Positions 56,830 through 64,000 of a DNA stretch of 64,000 bases are shown here, piece after piece. The notes beneath the pieces were generated by a model that saw only the letters and a list, made by a program, of their open reading frames with translations, had not been told where the DNA came from and did not search any database. The stretch comes from a bacterium BMS3Abin15 (GTDB lineage: Bacteria; Patescibacteriota; Minisyncoccia; Moranbacterales; 2-12-FULL-40-10): assembly GCA_002923195.1 (NCBI GenBank), contig BDTH01000074.1, positions 9,081-73,080 on the forward strand. Reading direction: 5' to 3'. Numbering within the stretch: the first letter of the stretch is position 1; the number at the start of each line of letters is the position of its first letter. The position numbers and the translations under genes are program-made.

Positions 56830-58152
56830 TTATTTCCTCATCAACTGATTTATTCTTGTTTCGGCAATCTTTAGAGCGTCCCTGATAGTGATACTGCCTT
56901 TGTTGACTGAGTCAATTGCTTCCGCTAAAATCTTTTCATTCTCTTCCGGATCCACCTGGTACCAGCTCTTGGCAATTAGGTTGCCGTAAGCAAATGGACC
57001 TAAGATAGGATCGCTTTTTTGTTCCTCTATTATATCACGTCTGGCAGCCGGCTTTCCTGTTATGTCTAAATAATTCTTGGCCGGATCAAAATCTACAGCA
57101 AATTCTTTAGTGTTTCCGCTAAGTGCATTGCCAAGTATAACTTTTCCATTATTTTTAACAGTCAGGAATTTTAAAAACTGTTGGGCTTCATAAGTAGCTT
57201 CATTACTTTTACCTTTGGCTGATGCAAATCCCCAATAATTAGCGTAGTTTACCGGCTGTCCAGAAGACGGCTGAGGAACAGGAGCGACCGCAAAATTAAG
57301 CTTTGCATTTTTGCTTTTGACAGTGCTGTAGTGCCAAGAGTAGTTTATCATCATAGCGGCTGTACTTTCATAAAATGAATCAATAGAATCATGCTTACTT
57401 GAATTCCAAGTGTAAAGCGGAGAATTAGAGCGAGCAAATTTGGTGTAGTATTCCATTGCTACTCTTCCCTGGTCATTATTAAGGGTAACCCTCCCCTTGT
57501 CGTTAATCATCTGGTTCCCATTCTGAAACATACGCAATCCCAGAATATCAGTAGAGCGATTAATATTATAAGCTGTTCCCATAGCTGCTCCTGACAGAGT
57601 TGGATTATTATATTGATCTATTTTGGTAAGCTTTTTAACAGCTTCGTCAAACTTTTCCCAGGTATCAGGAGGAGAGGCAATACCTTCAGCATTAAATAAG
57701 TCTTTATTGTAATACAAGGCCAACGAATCAACACTTAGGGGCAACGCATAAATTTGCCCTTCGCTTATAAAATCATCAATTGCCACATCTACAAAATTCT
57801 GGCGAAATTCCTGTTCGCCTAGAATATTATTTGAAATAGGCTCTATTTTATTTTTAAAAGACGGCAGCCAGTCATTATGAATTAGAAAAATATCCGGACC
57901 ATTGCCTGCGGCCATAGCACCTATAAGATCCTGCTTATAGTTCTGCTCCGTAAGCTTCTTATAATCTATGTCTCCTATATGAGGATTTATTTCTCTGAAA
58001 TTTTTGATAATCTCACGAAAAGAATCGGAGTCATCAAAGACGCCCCATATTACCAGATCGACTCTGTAATTGGTATTCTTCCCACATCCCGAAATAAAAA
58101 ATATGGAGGAAGTTATTAATATTGCTATTATTATTTTTATTTTTCTGCTCAT
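56830..58152 (-). CDS. ABC transporter extracellular solute-binding lipoprotein (family 1, sugar/glycerol-3-P type)
   Basis: Lipobox FISGC; SBP_bac_1-like length and composition (DTWEKFDEAVKKL, multiple W/Y). Confidence 0.75.
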   Translation of the reverse strand: MSRKIKIIIAILITSSIFFISGCGKNTNYRVDLVIWGVFDDSDSFREIIKNFREINPHIGDIDYKKLTEQNYKQDLIGAMAAGNGPDIFLIHNDWLPSFKNKIEPISNNILGEQEFRQNFVDVAIDDFISEGQIYALPLSVDSLALYYNKDLFNAEGIASPPDTWEKFDEAVKKLTKIDQYNNPTLSGAAMGTAYNINRSTDILGLRMFQNGNQMINDKGRVTLNNDQGRVAMEYYTKFARSNSPLYTWNSSKHDSIDSFYESTAAMMINYSWHYSTVKSKNAKLNFAVAPVPQPSSGQPVNYANYWGFASAKGKSNEATYEAQQFLKFLTVKNNGKVILGNALSGNTKEFAVDFDPAKNYLDITGKPAARRDIIEEQKSDPILGPFAYGNLIAKSWYQVDPEENEKILAEAIDSVNKGSITIRDALKIAETRINQLMRK

Positions 58153-58181
58153 GGTAGTGTTTAGTAATTGACTTGCTGGCC

Positions 58182-58733
58182 TTAACCCTTAGTGGCGATA
58201 AGCCCGTAATGAAAATCGCCAGCATCCACTTTTTCTTCAATTCTGAATCTCTGGCCTTCAACAAACTTTTCTAGCTCTTCGGATGATATTCTTATTCCTT
58301 TGTCCGGCCCAACGGATAGATTTCTGTCCCCCCATTCTATAACTAAAATTTTTCCCCCTGGCTTTAAGATTCGATGAGCCTCTTTTAGGACAACCTCCTT
58401 ATTTTTATTCTGAAAAAGCATGTCTTTTAATATCACCCAATCGATACTCCCTTCTTCTAGTCCAGATCCTTTTTCTTTTTCTAAATTAACCCTTTTAGTA
58501 ACTATATTGGAAATTCCCCCGATCTTTGCTTGACTTTCCACTGATTCCAATGCCTGAGGCAAAACATCAAGGGAATATAACTTCCCTTCCTCAATAGCTC
58601 TGGCGATAGGAATTGAAAAATATCCCGATCCACATCCAAAATCAGCCACAATACTGTCTTTGGATATGCTTATTTTACTTATAATAGCATCGGGATTAAT
58701 AAATTTGTCCGTCAAAGCGATTTTGTCCTCCAT
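58182..58733 (-). CDS. Class I SAM-dependent methyltransferase
   Basis: Motif I VADFGCGSGYFS; motif post-I KLYSLDV. Confidence 0.8.
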   Translation of the reverse strand: MEDKIALTDKFINPDAIISKISISKDSIVADFGCGSGYFSIPIARAIEEGKLYSLDVLPQALESVESQAKIGGISNIVTKRVNLEKEKGSGLEEGSIDWVILKDMLFQNKNKEVVLKEAHRILKPGGKILVIEWGDRNLSVGPDKGIRISSEELEKFVEGQRFRIEEKVDAGDFHYGLIATKG

Positions 58734-58805
58734 ATTTAACGTTAAAACTTTAATAAGATTGCTAGTTTCTGTTAAAATTCTACAACAAAAAGACGAAATA
58801 GTAAA

Positions 58806-59060
58806 CTATTTATTCTCCATCCCCGCATTTTTTAATGCTTTATTAATTTTAGTATTTTCTTTTTCTATTGCATCTTGGATATTTTCTTCGGCCCCTTTTT
58901 TAATATTAACCATGCCTGGCAAATACCCGGGGTATTCATCTTTCTGGACTTCCTGTTCCTCGACGTTCCGTTCTCTGTTAAATAAGCGTCCATTAAAATA
59001 TAAATAAAGACTCACCATGAATGATGCTAGCAGAAGATAAACTATAATTTTTTTATTCAT
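58806..59060 (-). CDS. Hypothetical small secreted/membrane protein
   Basis: ORF with N-terminal hydrophobic helix. Confidence 0.4.
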   Translation of the reverse strand: MNKKIIVYLLLASFMVSLYLYFNGRLFNRERNVEEQEVQKDEYPGYLPGMVNIKKGAEENIQDAIEKENTKINKALKNAGMENK

Positions 59061-59067
59061 GAATAAA

Positions 59068-59580
59068 TTATTTGGACAATAATATTATTTCCCTTTTATT
59101 TTCGCTTGCCTCTGTCCGTCTAGACTCGGCGGGGATGGCGTGAGACGGGTTAACTAGCTTAAGCTTAATCCAAAGAGATTTCTGGGGAATTATTTTTTTA
59201 ATTTTATTTGCCCATTCAATAATTATTATATTATTCTTGTCGGCTACAATTTCTTCCCACCCGATATCCAAAACATTCTTGGCAGTAACACGATAAGCAT
59301 CAATATGATAAATATCCTGAACACCACCCCGAATCTTGGTTAAAAGTTTTCTTCCTTTTAATTTTCTTTTGTAGTGCTTCATTACCACAAACGTCGGACT
59401 GGTATAGGGATCCTTTATGCCTAATCCTTTGAGCAGTCCCTGGGTAAAAGTAGTCTTGCCTGATCCCAGTTCGCCTTCAAGACAAATAATTTTCCCGCCT
59501 TTAATTTCTTCGGCTAACAATTCGCCAAGTTCTTTAGTTTGTTCAGCGTCAGTTGTAATAAATATCTTCATATATTTCAA
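59068..59580 (-). CDS. tsaE: tRNA threonylcarbamoyladenosine biosynthesis ATPase TsaE
   Basis: P-loop LEGELGSGKTTFTQGL and HIDAYR motif. Confidence 0.8.
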   Translation of the reverse strand: MKYMKIFITTDAEQTKELGELLAEEIKGGKIICLEGELGSGKTTFTQGLLKGLGIKDPYTSPTFVVMKHYKRKLKGRKLLTKIRGGVQDIYHIDAYRVTAKNVLDIGWEEIVADKNNIIIIEWANKIKKIIPQKSLWIKLKLVNPSHAIPAESRRTEASENKREIILLSK

Positions 59581-59602
59581 TAGTAAAACAAATTAAGAAA
59601 AA

Positions 59603-59633
59603 TAAAAAGGGGAATCAATTGATTCCCCTTTGT
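59603..59633 (-). terminator. Rho-independent terminator (aggggaatcaa/ttgattcccct)
   Basis: 11-bp perfect stem; U-run on the minus strand. Confidence 0.65.
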
Positions 59634-59642
59634 GGTGAATTT

Positions 59643-60077
59643 TTACCATCTTGTCCTGTGTCTTCTCCCATATCTGCACTCACTGCCCAGTCCATCACAG
59701 TATGCTTTTTGTTCTGCCCTGATTTGTTCTCTTTGATATTTTTCGGCAATCCCTCGCAAGAAGGCGGAGCAGGTACCTCTATCGGGATTATTTTCACAGT
59801 ATTTGAAACGATTATATTCGTCCGTGGTGACAGAAACTGTCGCTCCAATAAATCCTCCTCCGGCACATCCGATAGCTCCGGCCTTTACAGGATCTCCACC
59901 AAAAACACCTGCTAGTATGGCTGCAGGAAGACCCACAAGCATACAGCCCGAAATGGCATTAATTGTCCTGGCTCCCACTTCGCCCTTGCTAATCTCAACA
60001 TTGTCATTTTTACCAACGGTGGCACATCCAGTAAAAAACACGACCATAATCAGTAATAGAAACATTCTCCTTATCAT
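59643..60077 (-). CDS. Lipoprotein with glycine-zipper region
   Basis: Lipobox FFTGC; GxxxGxxxG zipper AGVFGGDPVKAGAIGCAGGGFIGA. Confidence 0.6.
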   Translation of the reverse strand: MIRRMFLLLIMVVFFTGCATVGKNDNVEISKGEVGARTINAISGCMLVGLPAAILAGVFGGDPVKAGAIGCAGGGFIGATVSVTTDEYNRFKYCENNPDRGTCSAFLRGIAEKYQREQIRAEQKAYCDGLGSECRYGRRHRTRW

Positions 60078-60407
60078 CCTTGTTTCCTCCTTTCAGTTTT
60101 TTAGGAATTTTTATAAATTTTAGGTACTAATTTGATTCTCTATTCTACACCAAAACCATTAAAAAGTCAATAGTGAAATATGCCTTATTTAAGCCATAAT
60201 TTTCAAGTGTTTCCTCTGTAAAATAATACAATCACCGATTGTATTATATAACAAAATAACTGCCATTGCTGATTACTAGTTACAGATTATTGGTTACTAG
60301 ATGGATATTTGACACTAGAACTAAACTTTGGTAACTTAAAGGACTGTTTTAATAAATTTTTTGTTTCTAAGCACCGGACCTTGACTAACTTAGGGGTTTT
60401 ATAAATC

Positions 60408-61547
60408 ATGGCACTTGAACCAATTCAACAATTTGAAAAAATTATAGGAAAATCAAAAAATGTTTTGATCCTTCTTCCTCAAAACCCGGACGGCGATGCA
60501 ATAGGAGCCGCTTGGGCTTTTTATTTTTTCTTAAAGAAAAGAGGTGTCGATACTACCATTGCTTTTTCTGATGGAATTCATAATACTAAGAAATTTGATT
60601 TCCTGCCCCGTCCCAAAAATATTACTGACAATATTTCAGGAGCCAGAGACTTCATTCTGTCTTTTGGTACCCGTCATAATAAAATATTAGGAGCGCGCAC
60701 AGAAAGTGATGAAGAAGAGTTTAGAATATATGTAACTCCTGAACACGGATCAATTGACCCCCGCGATTTTTCATTTGTGCCAGCCAGTTTCAAGTTTGAT
60801 TTGGTTGTAACCTTTAACTGCCCTGATAAGGAATCAACAGGAAAGATTTACGAAGAGAATCCTGACATTTTTTATGAAATACCTGTGGTAAATATTGATC
60901 ATCACAGTAATAATGAAAATTTTGGCCAGATCAACTTAGTTAACATGAATTCCTCTTCCGCTTCTGAAATACTAGCGGAAATTTTCGAGCAATCCAGTCT
61001 ATTTTCTTTTGACAAAGTTACTGCCAACTGCCTGCTCTCCGGCATAATCAGCGCCACTGAAAGCTTTCAGAAAAAAAACACTACTCCTAAAGCGCTCCAG
61101 ATAGCCGCCAAACTGATGGATAAAGGAGCTGACCAGCAGAAAATTATCCGCTACCTTTATAAAACCCAGCCATTCCATGTTCTTAAGCTTTGGGGAAGGG
61201 TTATGGCTCGGCTTAAATGGAATGATGAGTTAAAATTAGCCTGGTCACCAGTATATATAGAAGACTTTGTCCAGAGCCGAAGCAGCCACCATGACATACC
61301 TCGCATATTAGAAAAAATACAGGACAACTATTCAACTGGTAAAATGTTTTTGATATTTTTTAATGACACCCCCGATTCCGTAAGGGGTATAATAAAGTTT
61401 ACTGAAGATGAACACATTAAAAAGATAACTTCTATATTAAAAGGAGAAACCAGAGGAAACATTCATGAATTTAAACTAGAAGATGGGGATATAAATAAGG
61501 CAGAAAAAGAGGTACTGGAAAAAATAAGATTGGGCATAAAAAAGTAG
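60408..61547 (+). CDS. nrnA: DHH-family phosphoesterase (NrnA-like nanoRNase/pAp phosphatase)
   Basis: PDGDAIGA, NIDHHSNN (DHH), DHHA1-like C-terminus. Confidence 0.8.
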   Translation: MALEPIQQFEKIIGKSKNVLILLPQNPDGDAIGAAWAFYFFLKKRGVDTTIAFSDGIHNTKKFDFLPRPKNITDNISGARDFILSFGTRHNKILGARTESDEEEFRIYVTPEHGSIDPRDFSFVPASFKFDLVVTFNCPDKESTGKIYEENPDIFYEIPVVNIDHHSNNENFGQINLVNMNSSSASEILAEIFEQSSLFSFDKVTANCLLSGIISATESFQKKNTTPKALQIAAKLMDKGADQQKIIRYLYKTQPFHVLKLWGRVMARLKWNDELKLAWSPVYIEDFVQSRSSHHDIPRILEKIQDNYSTGKMFLIFFNDTPDSVRGIIKFTEDEHIKKITSILKGETRGNIHEFKLEDGDINKAEKEVLEKIRLGIKK

Positions 61548-61689
61548 AAAGCCAATATATTTTTGTAATTCGTATCAGACCTCGCTTCGCGAGGTTTTTT
61601 GCTAACACACTGAAAATGAGCTAAAATAGTATACGAACACCTTGACGAAAAGGCACATACGAATTCAATGCTAAAAAACCAAAAACAAC

Positions 61690-64000
61690 ATGGTTAAAAT
61701 TTCTAAAAAACATGCTGGCAAAACAAAATATTCTAAGGAAAAGAAGCTCGAGACGAAAAGGGTAATAAAAAAGATGCATCGGGAATCAGAGGAAGAAATA
61801 GCCGCAGCTGTTGCTATAAGAAATAATCTTCCCTATCTAGACCTCGGGCTAATACCTGTAGGTGAAGATGATGTAAAAATCATTAGTGAAAGAGATTCTC
61901 ATGACTACAACATGGCTGTTTTTCACAAAACGGGCAAAAATGTTAAGGTTGCCATCATCAATCCTCAGGATGTCAAATTAAAAGAAAGGATTGAAAAACT
62001 TCGCGAAGAAAAGGGCTGGGATATAAGCTTGTATGTTGTTTCTCAATCATCCATCCAGAAAGTGTGGGACATTTACAAGGGTGCCCCTCTAATGGAAAAT
62101 TTGGACACTATTCGGTTGTCTCTTTCCGGAAAAGATTTAGAAGAATTTGAAAAAAAATTCGGGGACCTTTTGAGTCTTAAGGAAAGAATAAAAGAAATAC
62201 CCATTACTAAGGTACTAAACACTGTAATGGCAGGATCTGTAAAAATGGATGCCAGTGATGTTCACTTTGAACCACAAGAAAAAGATGTGCGTGTAAGATT
62301 TCGGATTGATGGCATACTTCAAGATGTAGGAAATATTCCGTCAGACACTTACCGCTCTATACTATCACGAATAAAAATGATGAGCGGAATGAAAATTAAT
62401 ATTCGTGATATTGCCCAGGATGGACACTTCTCCATTAACATCAATAGGGATCGGAAAGATTCAAAAGATAAATCTTCAGATGATGCCAGGTTTGATGTCA
62501 GAGTCAATGTTATCCCAGGCAATTTTGGAGAAAGCACTGTTATGCGCCTCCTCAACCAGTCAGACGTAATGCTAAATGTGGAAGACCTGGGATTACGCGG
62601 ACTAGCCTATGAAGAGATAAAAAAACAAACTGAAAGGCCCAATGGAATAATTCTTGCTACTGGTCCTACCGGATCAGGAAAAACTACTACTTTATACGCT
62701 TTAATTAACAAACTTAATGTTCCAGGAGTAAAAGTAATCACCATCGAAGATCCCATAGAATATCAAATAAAGGGAATCTCACAAACCCAGGTTAGCAAAA
62801 ATAAGGACTATACTTTTGCTAAAGGATTACGGGCTATTGTTCGCCAGGATCCAGACATAATCCTAGTGGGTGAGGTCAGAGATGATGAAACGGCTGATAT
62901 TGCCATCAATGCCGCCCTTACTGGACACCTGGTACTCTCTACTTTGCATACTAACAACGCATCGGCTTCTATCCCCCGCTTAATAGAAATGGGTGTTAAG
63001 CCGTCTCTGATTCCTCCTGCTGTCAACGCTTTTATCGCTCAAAGATTGGTAAGGCGTCTTTGCCCGCACTGTAAAAAAGAATACAAGCCCGCTAAAGAAA
63101 CAGTAATTTCAATTAAAAAAATACTGGCTATAATTTCTCCTAAATCAAAAATAGAGATTCCTAAAGAAATACCTAGTTTGTACCGCCCGATTGGTTGTTC
63201 TAGGTGCCACAATCTAGGATACAAAGGAAGGGTAGGAATATTTGAAGTTTTGACCATCAATGAAGAAATTGAAAAATTGGTAATGGAAATGGCCGGTGAA
63301 ACAGACATAACTAGGGCAGCTTTAGAAAACGGAATGGTTACTATGGCCCAGGATGGTATTCTCAAGGCGGCTGAGGGCATAACTTCAATGGAAGAGGTTT
63401 GGAGGGTAACCGGACAGACAGAGTTCCTAGAAGAGCTTTATGAAAAATTAATGGCCCAGGCTCTGGGACGCGCTACTCTAGTTGACAAGATTAACTTTGA
63501 AAAAGCCAAAAATAGCTTTAAGGACTTTAAAAAATTCCAAGAAGTCATATCGGCAGCCAAAACAAAAGATCTCAGTAAAATAATTTTTTCCGCGGCTACG
63601 CTAATGGATGTCGGAGATATTCATATTGAACCGGAAGCCAATGATGTAAAAGTGCGCTTTAGAATAGATGGAATACTCCATACTGTAGCGACGTTTCCAC
63701 TTAATGAATACCCTAACGTTTTAGGTGAAATAAAACTGCTAAGTGGAGTAAAGTCCGGAGCCAGAGAAGGGGTTATCGACAGCCGTTTTAGCATCAAATT
63801 TGATGACGATATACAGAATATAAAAGAAAAATCAGTAGATATCCGTGTATCTATTATCCTTGGCGGTCATGGAGAAACTGTCGTACTGAGATTATTAAGC
63901 AAAGCTACCGTAGAGCTTGATATGAGCAAACTGGGCTTCAGGAAACAAAATCTTGATAAAATACTTAAAGAAATAGAAAAGCCAAATGGTATTATTCTCA
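61690..64000 (+). CDS. GspE/PilB-family secretion ATPase with a tandemly duplicated N2+ATPase module in one ORF (partial; continues past window end)
   Basis: T2SE N-terminal domain; Walker A GPTGSGKTT; Asp box; His box LSTLHTN; CPHC...CSRC tetracysteine. From ~63500 a second ...VKVRFRIDGIL...VDIRVSIILGGHGETVVLRLLS...KPNGIIL module begins in the same frame with no intervening stop. Confidence 0.85.
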   Translation, partial: MVKISKKHAGKTKYSKEKKLETKRVIKKMHRESEEEIAAAVAIRNNLPYLDLGLIPVGEDDVKIISERDSHDYNMAVFHKTGKNVKVAIINPQDVKLKERIEKLREEKGWDISLYVVSQSSIQKVWDIYKGAPLMENLDTIRLSLSGKDLEEFEKKFGDLLSLKERIKEIPITKVLNTVMAGSVKMDASDVHFEPQEKDVRVRFRIDGILQDVGNIPSDTYRSILSRIKMMSGMKINIRDIAQDGHFSININRDRKDSKDKSSDDARFDVRVNVIPGNFGESTVMRLLNQSDVMLNVEDLGLRGLAYEEIKKQTERPNGIILATGPTGSGKTTTLYALINKLNVPGVKVITIEDPIEYQIKGISQTQVSKNKDYTFAKGLRAIVRQDPDIILVGEVRDDETADIAINAALTGHLVLSTLHTNNASASIPRLIEMGVKPSLIPPAVNAFIAQRLVRRLCPHCKKEYKPAKETVISIKKILAIISPKSKIEIPKEIPSLYRPIGCSRCHNLGYKGRVGIFEVLTINEEIEKLVMEMAGETDITRAALENGMVTMAQDGILKAAEGITSMEEVWRVTGQTEFLEELYEKLMAQALGRATLVDKINFEKAKNSFKDFKKFQEVISAAKTKDLSKIIFSAATLMDVGDIHIEPEANDVKVRFRIDGILHTVATFPLNEYPNVLGEIKLLSGVKSGAREGVIDSRFSIKFDDDIQNIKEKSVDIRVSIILGGHGETVVLRLLSKATVELDMSKLGFRKQNLDKILKEIEKPNGIIL

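Noticed and set aside
59615-60123. ORFs 59615..59866(-), 59619..59915(+), 59803..60123(+)
   Set aside because: Overlap the better-supported lipoprotein gene 59643..60077 (lipobox, glycine zipper) and terminator; alternative frames lack features.
62349-63380. Minus-strand ORFs 62349..62555, 62808..63026, 63039..63380
   Set aside because: Antisense inside the GspE ATPase gene, which has unambiguous Walker/His-box motifs.

Overview
This 64-kb window is low-GC, gene-dense, mostly minus-strand bacterial DNA. Compact genes, GxxExxY proteins and a tandem set of TrbC/VirB2-like small pilins suggest a reduced CPR/Patescibacteria-type genome; that is inference only. Housekeeping genes present: rpoC (partial), rpoB, tRNA-Gly, rubrerythrin, Fe/Mn SOD, thiI, L,D-transpeptidase, hup, rny, gpmI, clpP, tig, hppA, nusA, tsaE, nrnA, and a GspE/PilB-type ATPase that runs off the window end. 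Several accessory regions are interspersed. (1) A roughly 7-kb block at 34.6-41.8 kb sits between about 240-bp direct repeats next to tRNA-Pro. It carries an anSME-like SPASM radical SAM enzyme, a divergent 2-hydroxyacid dehydrogenase, a private tRNA-Cys, two ThrRS-like class II aaRS paralogs (one with intact Zn ligands but no editing/TGS domains, one degenerate) and an SDR reductase. I consider this the best candidate for an undescribed system: aminoacyl-tRNA-linked biosynthesis or modification, or an inhibitor self-resistance module. (2) A family of short palindromic elements has termini CACCCCCACACC(A/T)AT...AT(A/T)GGTGTGGGGGT. Two copies are inserted in-frame inside thiI, like Rickettsia RPEs, and two more lie in intergenic DNA. 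(3) A 135-bp MITE with 20-bp TIRs sits at the start codon of the duplicated membrane-gene fragment. (4) A GC-rich islet at 13.99-16.99 kb holds an aminotransferase and three unknown proteins, bounded by composite palindromes. The same palindromes flank a Cas2-like-looking gene in A-B...B'-A' order. (5) An orphan consensus promoter followed by a terminator, with no ORF, is a candidate sRNA of about 165 nt. (6) Five tandem T4SS-pilin-like paralogs, one internally duplicated, lie near a GspE ATPase gene whose ATPase module is tandemly duplicated within one ORF. (7) Heptamer arrays (TACAAAT, ATACGAAT) recur in promoter-proximal positions. A csoR-DUF411-copB copper module and a MacB-like ABC pair next to a 1583-aa FN3-rich surface protein are also present. 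No CRISPR array was seen. All functional calls rest on motif recognition by eye; no database search was possible.
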